Positions 11,421 to 21,547 of a stretch of DNA of 64,000 bases are shown one piece after another; the stretch's first letter is position 1; every line of letters starts with the position of its first letter. The stretch is taken from NCBI GenBank assembly GCA_913043225.1, contig CAJWLU010000004.1, positions 96,001 through 160,000 of the forward strand, given 5' to 3'. Under the pieces are notes generated by a model that searched no databases, was not told the origin of the DNA, and saw only the letters and a program-made list of their open reading frames with translations. Made by a program: the position numbers and the translations under genes. The stretch comes from an uncultured Acidobacteriota bacterium. Lineage in GTDB: Bacteria; Acidobacteriota; Vicinamibacteria; Vicinamibacterales; UBA8438.

Positions 11421-13528
11421 GCTGTCGCGCCCCCAAGGGCGTCGACTCGCAGCAGAACGATGGTGATGTCGTCGTGCTGGTCCGCCCCTCCAGCGAACGC
11501 ATCGACTGCGCCGAGAATACGCTCGCGCAGATCCTCGGATGACAGTTGCGCATGCTCTGCAAGCAGACGACCGAGCCGCTCCTCGCCGAAGAGATCCAGG
11601 TCTTCGTTCATCGCCTCGGTGATTCCGTCGGTGAAGAGCGCAAAGAGATCGCCTTGGGCGATCTGAACCGTGCACTCCTCGAGCAGCTCGGCGAACCGCG
11701 TCTCGATGCCCTCGAGCTGCAATCCCACCACAAGTCCACTAGGTACCAAGACCTGTGCTTGGCCCCGAAGCGGTCCCTGTGATGAGACATGCATCAACGG
11801 GGTGTGGCCCGCACGAACGTAGGTAAGCGTCCGGGCCCGGAGGTCGACCACGGCATAGGTCATGGTAATGAAGGTTCGGTTATCGAGTTCCGTCGAGAGA
11901 ATCCGATTGACCTCGATCAGGAGGCGTTTAGGGCTGTCGTAGACCTGCCCTAAGGACAGGATCAATCCCTTCAGCTCGGCCATGTAGAGCGCCGCCGATG
12001 TCCCTTTCCCGGACACGTCGGCCACCAGAACCCCGAGTCTGTGCTGGTCGAGGGCGACGAAATCGTAGTAGTCCCCGCCCACCTCGCGCGCCGGCCGGCA
12101 CAGCGCAGTGACAGCCAACCCGGGCAGACTCACCGGTGCGTCTGGGAGCAACGACATCTGGATCTCGCGAGCGATACGCAACTCCTCCTCGAGCCGGCGC
12201 TTTTCTTCTGCCTCTTGCAGTAAATCTGCGATGCTCCCGGTCATGGCATTGAACGACTTGGCCAACTCGCCTAGCTGGTCACGTGTCGCGACCTGGATTC
12301 GATGATCGAGGTCCCCCTGCCGAACTCGCTCGGTTCCCGTGAACAGCTCATGTACCGCCCCCGTAATGGATTTCGCCAGCGCGAACCCCATCACAAGGGC
12401 GACCGCCTCGATAGTGAGAAACATCGCGCCGATCGCCATCAGCACGAACAGCAATGCGCCCGCGTAGCTAGAATTTCCACCCTGCACCACCTGGCGGTAG
12501 AACACCACCGGTTGAACCAGGAACGACACCGCACCGCTGACATGTTCGCCGGTACTCCACTCGAGCAGGTCCAGGAACGCTATAGACGGCAACCCCGAGG
12601 TCAATGAAGATTCAGTCGGCGCCGATCTGAATTGCACGTCCGGCATCTCGGCCGCGTCGGGGACGCCCGCGGACACCGGCGACCCACCGATCGTGAGCAG
12701 TTCGACCCCGGTCGCTCGCTCCATGCGAGTCAGCACCGTGTCCGACACCGGCAGATCCGCAATGACCAGGAAGCGACGCCCATCTAGCATGAGAGGAGCC
12801 GTCCCGCGTGCGGTCACCCGGCGCCCCTGCGGCGTATCCACAATTACGAGCCCTTGAGTCAAATCGGTGACCCAGTTAGCCACAGGATCCATAGGCCACG
12901 CCCCGACCCCTGCCTGGAGCCTGGTTTCCGCGACGGACGGGTCGAGACCACGCACCGTGATCCCAGCCTCCGGATAGCGTTCGCTAAGCGTCGACACGCG
13001 CTGCTCGAGCAGCGCACTCGCCATCAACGGCCTGTCGTGAGCACCAAGCTCGATCGACGTAGCCCGGACGAAACCACCGACGTCATCGATGACATCTTCG
13101 AAGCTGAGCTGGACTAGGAGCGAGGTGACCGTGGACAGCAGGAGGGTACCCGCAAGCAGGAAGAAGGAGACCAGCAGAAGAATCGGGACGAACCCAATAA
13201 GGAGGTACGAGAGGACCAGTTTCCGACGGACTCGCCACAGCACCCTTCGCTGAAGCAGCGCCACGACCCTGAGCAAGAACACGCCGAAAGCTATGACCAG
13301 GATGATCGTCGCGGCGGAGTCGACTACACGCAGCCACCTCGGCGCTGAATCACCGAAGAGCGAGACGGTCAATTTGGCCAGTACCGCGACGGCCGTCGAG
13401 CGACCGAGCCAAGACCTTAGGGCGGTGCGCAGAAGCGCCCCCAGGCCATCGGAGGTCCCGGGACGCCCGTGTTTCTGCCCCACGACCGGCAGTACCGGTA
13501 GCGAGTCGGGCGAAGACGATTCAGCCAT
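11417..13528 (-). CDS. membrane HAMP + SpoIIE/PP2C (RsbU-like) protein phosphatase
   Basis: TM helices, extracytoplasmic domain, HAMP (DQLGELAKSFNAM), VGGDYYD, ADVSGKG, FTDGITEA, DDIT. Confidence 0.92.
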   Translation of the reverse strand: MAESSSPDSLPVLPVVGQKHGRPGTSDGLGALLRTALRSWLGRSTAVAVLAKLTVSLFGDSAPRWLRVVDSAATIILVIAFGVFLLRVVALLQRRVLWRVRRKLVLSYLLIGFVPILLLVSFFLLAGTLLLSTVTSLLVQLSFEDVIDDVGGFVRATSIELGAHDRPLMASALLEQRVSTLSERYPEAGITVRGLDPSVAETRLQAGVGAWPMDPVANWVTDLTQGLVIVDTPQGRRVTARGTAPLMLDGRRFLVIADLPVSDTVLTRMERATGVELLTIGGSPVSAGVPDAAEMPDVQFRSAPTESSLTSGLPSIAFLDLLEWSTGEHVSGAVSFLVQPVVFYRQVVQGGNSSYAGALLFVLMAIGAMFLTIEAVALVMGFALAKSITGAVHELFTGTERVRQGDLDHRIQVATRDQLGELAKSFNAMTGSIADLLQEAEEKRRLEEELRIAREIQMSLLPDAPVSLPGLAVTALCRPAREVGGDYYDFVALDQHRLGVLVADVSGKGTSAALYMAELKGLILSLGQVYDSPKRLLIEVNRILSTELDNRTFITMTYAVVDLRARTLTYVRAGHTPLMHVSSQGPLRGQAQVLVPSGLVVGLQLEGIETRFAELLEECTVQIAQGDLFALFTDGITEAMNEDLDLFGEERLGRLLAEHAQLSSEDLRERILGAVDAFAGGADQHDDITIVLLRVDALGGATA

Positions 13529-13546
13529 GAGGATCAGGCGCCCTGT

Positions 13547-13894
13547 TCAGGAATCCGCCGTGGGAGAAGTATCCAGCTCGACGGCACCCTCGATCCAGTC
13601 GAGATAGCGCTCATCTCCCCCGATCACCGGCACTACCAGAAACTCCGGTGTGTCGTAGGGATGCAGATCATTCACCATCAGACGCAGCGCCTCTAGCCGC
13701 ACCGCCTGGGTCTTGATCAGCAGCTGGCGCTCACGCCCTCGCTCAACGCGCCCGTCCCATCGATAGAACGAGTCCATCTGCGGTAGCGCGCTGACACAGG
13801 CCGCGACTCGGGCCTCGAGCAGTGCCCGAGCGAACGCCTGCACGTCGGCTTCGCCTGGCCAAGTCACGAGCACAACGATGGCCTTCGTAGTCAT
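13547..13894 (-). CDS. cutA: divalent-cation tolerance protein CutA
   Basis: LLEARVAACV, SFYRWDG, LLIKT, LHPYDTPE, YLDWI. Confidence 0.92.
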   Translation of the reverse strand: MTTKAIVVLVTWPGEADVQAFARALLEARVAACVSALPQMDSFYRWDGRVERGRERQLLIKTQAVRLEALRLMVNDLHPYDTPEFLVVPVIGGDERYLDWIEGAVELDTSPTADS

Positions 13895-13945
13895 TCCGTC
13901 CACAGCCCTAATCTTGTTCTCGTCTCGGTCCGAAACTACGCATAC

Positions 13946-14377
13946 ATGCCGCGACGCGCTCAGTCCTCCTCGTCCCCGGCGCGGTCCTCAGCGACTCGCC
14001 CGCGGGCGCCGCGTCAGCCCACACTGCCGCTACGGCCGGCGCGTACGGGCGCGACCAAGGTGCGCCCAGCCAACGCGCCACCTTCGCTCGGGCAGCAGGC
14101 GTTGCGTTGGGTGGCCGCACTCGGCGCAGCGGTACTTATCGCGAACGCCTTAATCGGGGAACGCGGGTGGCTGGCAACCTCGCGCGCGCGGCAGGCCCAA
14201 CGAGACCTGGCCAACGACATCGCGCAGCTGCAGCACCAGAACTGGATGCTGGTCAACGAAGCACGACGCCTACGCGACGATCCCACCGCCATCGAGGAAC
14301 TTGCGCGCAGCGAGCTGGGGCTCATCCGTCGTGGAGAACGCGTGTTCATCTTCACCGACCGCTCCGGCGTTCGCTGA
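13946..14377 (+). CDS. ftsB: septum formation initiator FtsB/DivIC
   Basis: Single TM, GERG, coiled coil, AIEELARSELGLIRRGE. Start uncertain. Confidence 0.85.
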   Translation: MPRRAQSSSSPARSSATRPRAPRQPTLPLRPARTGATKVRPANAPPSLGQQALRWVAALGAAVLIANALIGERGWLATSRARQAQRDLANDIAQLQHQNWMLVNEARRLRDDPTAIEELARSELGLIRRGERVFIFTDRSGVR

Positions 14378-14394
14378 GCATCCGTGGACGGTCG

Positions 14395-14423
14395 TTGACC
14401 GCGTCCTGGGAGCATGGTACCAT
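14395..14423 (+). promoter_or_regulatory. sigma70-type promoter of tRNA-fMet
   Basis: TTGACC-17 nt-TACCAT with TGn extension. Confidence 0.7.
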
Positions 14424-14453
14424 GCCTCAACGCTTGTGTTATCAGGCACTTGA

Positions 14454-14530
<77 letters not shown>

Positions 14531-14555
14531 CATTTCCGCAGAACACCGACCCAAG

Positions 14556-14581
14556 GGGTGACAAAGAGTCACCCTTTTTTT
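14556..14581 (+). terminator. intrinsic terminator after tRNA-fMet
   Basis: GGGTGAC-AAAGA-GTCACCC stem followed by T7. Confidence 0.85.
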
Positions 14582-14619
14582 CGTGACGGTTCCTCTCACC
14601 CTTAACCCGGAGAGTCTCC

Positions 14620-16422
14620 ATGACCGTTCTCCCTCAACAGCACGGCGCCAGCTTTCTGCTTGAAACAGTCGGCCCCGAGGATGTCGTCTGCCCCGAGGAC
14701 ATGGGCGACACCGAACGCCTGCTCGTCCAATCCATCAAGGAGTTCGCAGAGCAGGAGGTATCGCCGCTACTCGACGAGGTCGATGCGCGGAACATCGACG
14801 TGATCCGCCCGCTGTTCAAAAAGGCAGCCGAGTTAGGCATCTTCGCGGCCGAGGTGCCAGAGGCCTTCGGCGGACTTGGCCTTAGCGTCCTTGCGATGGC
14901 TGGCATGAGCGAGTGCCGGTCCTATCTGGGCGGCTTGTCATCGACGGTTTTCGCCCACCAGGGCATCGGAACCCTTCCGCTGATCAACTTCGGCACCAAG
15001 GACCAAATAGACCGCTATCTCGAGGGTTGCATGACCGGCGAGCTAATGGCCGCCTTCGCCCTGACCGAACCAGCCTCTGGCTCGGACGCGATGAACATCA
15101 CTACCAGCGCGGTGCTCAACGCAGAAGGGACGCACTACATCGTTAACGGATCCAAGCAGTGGATCACCAATGCGGGCTGGGCCGACCTGTTCATCCTCTT
15201 CGCTAAAGTCGACGGCACGGCTTTCTCGGCTTTTCTCCTCGAACGGGACAGCCCGGGACTCTCGGTCGGAGGACACGAGAAGCTCCTTGGCCTGCAGGGC
15301 TCTTCCGTGTGCGCCCTGCAGCTCGACGACGTCGCTATCCCGGTAGGCAACCTGCTTGGCGATGTAGGCAAAGGCCACAAGGTGGCCATGTGCACGCTCA
15401 ACCTGGGCCGCATGAAGATGTCAGCCAACTGCGCGGGCACCTCGAAAAAGATCCTCGCGACAACCACGCAGTACGCCACGGAACGGCGGCAGTTCGGCCA
15501 GCCGATCGCGGACTTCGGGCTGATTAAGCGCAAGCTGGCCGACATGGCCGCTCGCGCCTACAGCGCAGAATCGGTCGCCTATCGCACGGCGGGCCTAGTC
15601 TACACGGCAGCCGAATCGGCACAGTCGGACGACGACAACGCGCTTGACCTTAAGCTCAAAACCCTGGCCGAATTTTCGATGGAATGCGCAATGGCCAAGG
15701 TCATCGGGTCGGAGACCTACAGCGAATTAGCAGACGAGGCGTTGCAGGTGTATGGCGGAAACGGCTACAGCGAGGAGTACCCCGCCGCCAGATGGTATCG
15801 CGACTCCCGTATCACCCGCATTTACGAAGGCACGAGCGAAATCTGCCGGCTGAGCATCGCAAAGACGATGTTGAAACGTACCGAGCGTGGGCTCCTGCCG
15901 TGGCGTGAGACGGTCAGCAGGTTTGGGTCGTTCAGGTCGGTCAGCATGCCCACCACTGCCACGGCCACTCGGACCCTGGAGTCGATGGAGGCACATCTAC
16001 CAGGTTTCAAACAGATCTTCTTCTTCACGCTAGGGCAAGTCTGGGAGAACCTGGAGAGCGAGGTGCTGCTGGCCCCCGCGAATCAGCAGTATCTCTCGAG
16101 CCTGGCGGACATCGCGATCGAGACCTATCGAGCCGAAAGCACAGTTCTCCGGGTGCTGAAGCTAGCTGGCTCACGCTCAACCGACGTGACGCTCCAGACC
16201 GCGCTCGCCAGCCTGACATTACATTCGGCCGCCGACCGCATTCAGCGGGAGGTAACAGAGGTAATCACGGCGCTGTCTGACGACTCTCCATTGGACGCGA
16301 GCCAATCTCTCGAGGACGCCCTGACCTGGGTGCGAAGGACGCTCCCCACCCCAGAGGGTCTCATTCAAACCCGGGCCCTGGTCGCCCAGGAATTGGTCAC
16401 GCGCAACGGCGCCCTACCCTAG
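14620..16422 (+). CDS. acyl-CoA dehydrogenase (long, about 600 aa type)
   Basis: AFALTEPASGSDA, GSKQWITN, RRQFG, QVYGGNGY, RIYEGTSEI. Confidence 0.93.
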   Translation: MTVLPQQHGASFLLETVGPEDVVCPEDMGDTERLLVQSIKEFAEQEVSPLLDEVDARNIDVIRPLFKKAAELGIFAAEVPEAFGGLGLSVLAMAGMSECRSYLGGLSSTVFAHQGIGTLPLINFGTKDQIDRYLEGCMTGELMAAFALTEPASGSDAMNITTSAVLNAEGTHYIVNGSKQWITNAGWADLFILFAKVDGTAFSAFLLERDSPGLSVGGHEKLLGLQGSSVCALQLDDVAIPVGNLLGDVGKGHKVAMCTLNLGRMKMSANCAGTSKKILATTTQYATERRQFGQPIADFGLIKRKLADMAARAYSAESVAYRTAGLVYTAAESAQSDDDNALDLKLKTLAEFSMECAMAKVIGSETYSELADEALQVYGGNGYSEEYPAARWYRDSRITRIYEGTSEICRLSIAKTMLKRTERGLLPWRETVSRFGSFRSVSMPTTATATRTLESMEAHLPGFKQIFFFTLGQVWENLESEVLLAPANQQYLSSLADIAIETYRAESTVLRVLKLAGSRSTDVTLQTALASLTLHSAADRIQREVTEVITALSDDSPLDASQSLEDALTWVRRTLPTPEGLIQTRALVAQELVTRNGALP

Positions 16423-16546
16423 TGATTCCCTGGAGGCTTTGGCCCAAAGCCCACGTGGGACTCCTTCGGCTCGATAGCTGGCAATTGGTTGGCGGTCCCG
16501 TGACAAATGTCAGGGCTGCGCCATGCAGCCTCACGACTCACTCCCT

Positions 16547-17019
<473 letters not shown>

Positions 17020-17056
17020 CAGCACAGCGCTCCAGCAGAGGGGGAAGGAGACAATT

Positions 17057-18361
17057 ATGAGGCTAACACGGACCACCGGCGTGCCACTCTTCACCGCGGC
17101 CTTACTGTTCGGCGCACCATCGCTCGCCGCCGCCCAGGATGAACTTAGCTCTGGCGACACCGCCTGGATGCTGACCTCCAGCGTGCTCGTACTGTTCATG
17201 ACCATCCCAGGGCTATCACTCTTCTACGCGGGACTGGTCCGCACCAAGAACGTGCTGTCGGTGATGATGCAGTGCTTCGCCATTACTTGCATGGTCACCA
17301 TTCTGTGGACAGCCTACGTCTACGGACTGGCGTTCGGCGACGGCGGCAGCCTGAACAGCTTCATCGGTATGGGTAAATTCTTCCTGTCCGGAGTCGAGGT
17401 GGACACGGTATCTGGCACGATTCCCGAATCCGTGTTCCAGATGTTCCAGTTAACCTTCGCGATCATCACCCCGGCCCTGATCGTCGGCGCGTTCGCCGAG
17501 CGGATGAAGTTCTCCGCAATGATGGTGTTTATGGCGCTGTGGGTCAGCGTAGTCTACGCACCGGTCGCCCACTGGGTTTGGGGCGGCGGCTTCCTTGCCG
17601 ACTTGGGTCCCAACGGCGTCCTGGACTTCGCGGGCGGCACCGTCGTCCACATCAATGCTGGCATCGCAGCGCTCGTCCTTTGCATCATGCTGGGAAAACG
17701 ACACGGGTACCCTGATGCCCCGATGTCCCCCAACAGTCTGGTGCTGACTGTAGTTGGCGCGTCGATGCTCTGGGTCGGCTGGTTTGGATTCAATGCCGGC
17801 AGTCAGCTCGCTGCCGACGGGGCGGCTGGGATGGCCATGGCGGTCACCCACATCTCCACTGCGATGGCCGGCTTCACCTGGATGATGATGGAGTGGGCCG
17901 GCCGCGGGAAACCGAGCGCTCTGGGTATCGCGACCGGGGCGGTCGCCGGCCTAGTCGCCATCACTCCCGCATCCGGCTTCGTAGGCCCGATCGGGGCCTT
18001 GGCTATCGGCCTGGCCTCAGGCATTCTCTGCTACTGGGGCGCCAACAGCCTTAAGCAGCGGCTCGGCTACGACGACTCGCTCGACGTGTTCGGCGTCCAC
18101 GGCATCGGGGGCATCGTGGGGGCGATTCTGACCGGCGTGTTTGCATCGAGCGCGCTTGGTGGATCAATAGCCGACCTGAACATCGCCAACCAGGTCTTCT
18201 GGCAGACAGTCGGCGTGATCGTCACGTTGGCGTACTCCGGAATCCTGACGGCCATCCTGGTCAAGATTGTCGACGCGACGATCGGGATACGGGTCACCGC
18301 CGAGGAGGAAAGCACGGGCCTCGATATCGCGCTCCACAACGAGCGCGGCTTCAACCTGTAG
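17057..18361 (+). CDS. amtB: ammonium transporter
   Basis: GDTAWML, FQLTFAIITPALI, DFAGGTVVH, WFGFNAGS, DDSLDVFGVHG. Confidence 0.97.
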   Translation: MRLTRTTGVPLFTAALLFGAPSLAAAQDELSSGDTAWMLTSSVLVLFMTIPGLSLFYAGLVRTKNVLSVMMQCFAITCMVTILWTAYVYGLAFGDGGSLNSFIGMGKFFLSGVEVDTVSGTIPESVFQMFQLTFAIITPALIVGAFAERMKFSAMMVFMALWVSVVYAPVAHWVWGGGFLADLGPNGVLDFAGGTVVHINAGIAALVLCIMLGKRHGYPDAPMSPNSLVLTVVGASMLWVGWFGFNAGSQLAADGAAGMAMAVTHISTAMAGFTWMMMEWAGRGKPSALGIATGAVAGLVAITPASGFVGPIGALAIGLASGILCYWGANSLKQRLGYDDSLDVFGVHGIGGIVGAILTGVFASSALGGSIADLNIANQVFWQTVGVIVTLAYSGILTAILVKIVDATIGIRVTAEEESTGLDIALHNERGFNL

Positions 18362-18400
18362 GCAGATGGGGCGCCGCGGCGACCGCGGCGCCCCATCTGC
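18362..18400. terminator. perfect 18-bp inverted repeat between convergent genes (probable bidirectional terminator or mRNA stabiliser)
   Basis: GCAGATGGGGCGCCGCGG-CGA-CCGCGGCGCCCCATCTGC fills the whole intergenic gap; no U-tract. Confidence 0.6.
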
Positions 18401-19477
18401 TCACCCGTCCAGGGCGGCGATCACGGCAGCGGTCATATCAGCCGTCGTCGCGTTACCTCCCAGATCGCCCGTTCGCACCGTCCCCGCTTCCAGCACCCGC
18501 TCCACCGCCTGGGCAACTGCCAGGGCGGCCTGAGCCTCCTTCAGGTGCTCGAGCATCATCACCCCAGTCAGGATTTGAGCGATCGGGTTCGCCACGCCCT
18601 GACCGGCAATGTCCGGGGCTGAGCCGTGGACCGGTTCGAACATCGACGGCGCCGTGCGGTCTGGATTTAGGTTTGCGCCCGGAGCGAGACCTATCGACCC
18701 AGCGACGGCAGGTCCGAGATCCGACAGGATGTCACCAAAGAGATTACTCCCCACGATCACGTCAAACCAGTCTGGGTGCTGCACGAGATGCGCCGCAAGG
18801 ATGTCGATGTGATATTGGTCGGTCTCCACATCGGGGTACGACGCGGCCATCGCCGCGAACCGCTCATCCCAAAACGGCATGGTGTGGATGATCCCGTTGG
18901 ACTTAGTCGCGGAGGTCAGGTGCCGGTCCGGACGTGACTGCGCTAACTCAAAGGCATAGCGCAAGACCCGGTCCACCCCCTCTCGCGTGAACACTGACTG
19001 CTGCACAGCGAGCTCGGCGTCAGTGCCCTCGTAGAGCCGTCCTCCTATCTCGGAATACTCGCCCTCGTTGTTCTCTCGGACGATAACGAAGTCGATATCT
19101 GCCGGCCCACGGTCAGCCAGCGGCGTCCGCACTCCCGGGAAGAGCCGGACCGGCCGCAGGTTCACGTACTGCCCAAACTGGCGACGAATCGGGATCAATA
19201 GGCCCCATAGCGAGACGTGGTCAGGCACCCCAGGGTAGCCGACCGCGCCTAAGAAGATCCCGTCGAACCGCCGCAGCTCCTCGACATCGGCGCCCCCAGT
19301 CATGCTGCCGGTGTCCGAGTATCGTTCGCAGGACCAATCGAAAAAGGCCCACTCGAAGCGCGCCCCGAATGACGCCCCCGCCGCGTCTAGCACTAACTGT
19401 GCCGCCGGGACCACTTCCTTCCCAATTCCATCTCCTGGAATCACTGCAATCCGATGCGTCCGTTCCGCCATGTCCAT
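18401..19477 (-). CDS. ttuC: tartrate dehydrogenase/decarboxylase / D-malate dehydrogenase
   Basis: IPGDGIGKEV, VPDHVSLWGLL, RENNEGEYS, TKSNG, NLFGDILSD, FEPVHGSAPDIAG. Confidence 0.88.
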   Translation of the reverse strand: MDMAERTHRIAVIPGDGIGKEVVPAAQLVLDAAGASFGARFEWAFFDWSCERYSDTGSMTGGADVEELRRFDGIFLGAVGYPGVPDHVSLWGLLIPIRRQFGQYVNLRPVRLFPGVRTPLADRGPADIDFVIVRENNEGEYSEIGGRLYEGTDAELAVQQSVFTREGVDRVLRYAFELAQSRPDRHLTSATKSNGIIHTMPFWDERFAAMAASYPDVETDQYHIDILAAHLVQHPDWFDVIVGSNLFGDILSDLGPAVAGSIGLAPGANLNPDRTAPSMFEPVHGSAPDIAGQGVANPIAQILTGVMMLEHLKEAQAALAVAQAVERVLEAGTVRTGDLGGNATTADMTAAVIAALDG

Positions 19478-19516
19478 ACTCCCACTGCCGATTCAGATCC
19501 GACGAACACGGCTGAA

Positions 19517-20701
19517 CTATCCAACCGCCCCTGTCTCGCGTAGCCCGACGATTTCCTCCTTCGTATAGCCTGTCTCAGTCAGCAACTCGTCGGTGTGTTG
19601 CCCCAAGGTCGGTCCAGGCCGTCCCGGCTGAAGGGGGGTGTCGGAGAGCTTCACCGGCGTCCCCAGCGTGTCGATTCGCCCCAAGGTCGGATGATCCGTC
19701 TCCACGACGAGCTCTCGAGCACGCACATGCGGATCGGCCATCACCTCCGCGTAGTCGTTGATCGGCCCACACGGCACCTTGTGCCGCTCCAGAATCTCGA
19801 GCCAGTGACGTCGGTCGTGCGTAACCATGACCGCCGAGATTCGCTCCGCCAGGTCCTCTCGGTGGCGCACCCGCTCCGCATTGTCGGCGAACTCAGGAAC
19901 AGAAGCCCACTCCCGATGTCCAAGCGCGTCACAGAGCCGCTCGAAGCTCCGGTCGTTGGCGGCCCCGATCGTCATATAGCCATCGGCGCACCGGATCGCC
20001 TCATAGGGCGCGTTCATCCGATGCGCCGATCCTAGAGGCTCCGGAACCCCACGGCCCGAGAAGTACTGGGTCGCCTCCCACACCGAAAGCGCTACACCGG
20101 CGTCGACCAACGAAGTATCTACCCGTTGGCCCCGGCCGGTCCGGTCGCGTGCGAGCAACGCCGCGAGGATTCCGGTAACAGCGAACAACCCCGCGCCTAG
20201 GTCGGTGATGGGCACGCCGACCTTCACCGGCGGCTGTCCAGCTTCGCCGGTGACCGACATTAGGCCGGACACCCCCTGGGCCACCAGATCAAAGCCACCT
20301 TTGGCGGCGTCCGGTCCGGTCTGCCCGTAGCCCGAGACAGAGGCATAAACCAGCTCCGGATGGCTCGCGCAAAGCTCCTCATACCCAAGGCCGCGCTTTG
20401 CCAGAGTGCCAGGCCTGTAGTTCTCGACGAGTACATCGGCCTTCGTGACGAGACGTCGCACGACACCGATCCCGCCGGGGTGCTTAAGATCGATGACAAT
20501 GCCGCGCTTTCCCCGGTTCACCGCATTGAAGCTGGGGCTATCGCTCCCAATCGCCCCAGGCATACCGCGGGTAGAATCCCCGCCGGGCGGCTCGACCTTG
20601 ATTACATCGGCGCCCATGTCGCACAGTAACATTGCGCAGAAGGGACCGGCCATGACCTGAGTCAGGTCGATCACGCGTACCCCGTCAAGTGGTTTCGCCA
20701 T
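19517..20701 (-). CDS. family III CoA-transferase (CaiB/BaiF)
   Basis: PLDGVRVIDL, GADVIKVE, NRGKR, ENYRPG, GFDLVAQ catalytic Asp, P.LGQHT. Confidence 0.93.
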   Translation of the reverse strand: MAKPLDGVRVIDLTQVMAGPFCAMLLCDMGADVIKVEPPGGDSTRGMPGAIGSDSPSFNAVNRGKRGIVIDLKHPGGIGVVRRLVTKADVLVENYRPGTLAKRGLGYEELCASHPELVYASVSGYGQTGPDAAKGGFDLVAQGVSGLMSVTGEAGQPPVKVGVPITDLGAGLFAVTGILAALLARDRTGRGQRVDTSLVDAGVALSVWEATQYFSGRGVPEPLGSAHRMNAPYEAIRCADGYMTIGAANDRSFERLCDALGHREWASVPEFADNAERVRHREDLAERISAVMVTHDRRHWLEILERHKVPCGPINDYAEVMADPHVRARELVVETDHPTLGRIDTLGTPVKLSDTPLQPGRPGPTLGQHTDELLTETGYTKEEIVGLRETGAVG

Positions 20702-20761
20702 CGTATCGTTCACCTACGCCCCCGGGTGCTCATCGCCGGCCCGGCCGAGGAGTTGCACTTC

Positions 20762-21547
20762 GTGTCCACCTCTCACACGACCTTCGCAGTCGCCGACGCC
20801 GTCGCCACGCTGACCTTTACCCGTCCGGAAGCACGCAATGCCATGACCTGGGCGATGTACGACGACCTGATCGCAACTTGTGACACCGTGGACGACGACG
20901 AGACCATCCGGGTCCTCGTGCTCCGCGGGATAGACGATCGGGCCTTCATCGCCGGCACCGACATCTCCCAGTTCACCTCGCTTAAGACCCGTGACGACGC
21001 GATCGCCTACGAGACCCGGATCGACGAAGTCGTCGGACGCCTCGAAGCAGTCACGGTGCCGACGATCGCCCGGGTCCAGGGGCCCGCGGTCGGTGGCGGC
21101 TTCATGATCGCCGTAGCGTGCGACATGCGCCTCTGCGGTCCAGACGCGCGGCTGGGCATCCCGGTCGCGCGCACCCTCGGCAACTGCCTGTCGGCGGCCA
21201 ACTGTGCACGGCTCCTGGCCCTCGTCGGACCAGCCCGAGTCAAGGACCTGATGTACACCGGCCGTCTACTGGACGCTGATGAGGCGCTCCGCCTCGGTGT
21301 CGCAACCCGTGTCGTCCCCGCAGAGGAGCTCGACCAGCTCGTCAGCGAGACTGCGGCGACCCTGGCCAACAACGCTCCGCTCACCTTGCAGGCCACGAAG
21401 GAGTTGGTCAGGAGACTCGAACGATCGGGTCGAGATTCTCCGGAACTCGCCTACGACCTCATCACCCAGTGCTACACCAGCCACGACTTCCAACAAGCGG
21501 TGCGGTCCTTCGTGGCGAAACAGCGGCCGCGATGGACGGGTCACTGA
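20762..21547 (+). CDS. enoyl-CoA hydratase/isomerase family protein
   Basis: RPEARNA, AFIAGTDI, AVGGG, CDMR, EALRLG; GAGGAG SD before GTG 20762. Confidence 0.9.
   Translation: MSTSHTTFAVADAVATLTFTRPEARNAMTWAMYDDLIATCDTVDDDETIRVLVLRGIDDRAFIAGTDISQFTSLKTRDDAIAYETRIDEVVGRLEAVTVPTIARVQGPAVGGGFMIAVACDMRLCGPDARLGIPVARTLGNCLSAANCARLLALVGPARVKDLMYTGRLLDADEALRLGVATRVVPAEELDQLVSETAATLANNAPLTLQATKELVRRLERSGRDSPELAYDLITQCYTSHDFQQAVRSFVAKQRPRWTGH

Noticed and set aside
14531..16422. Genomic island integrated at tRNA-fMet
   Set aside because: No integrase, no duplicated tRNA 3' end that I could find, normal terminator, and similar composition.
16479..16493. Sigma54 promoter for glnK (TGGCAATTGGTTGGC)
   Set aside because: GG-N10-GC spacing holds but the -12 element is not TTGC, and a sigma70-like promoter lies closer to the gene.
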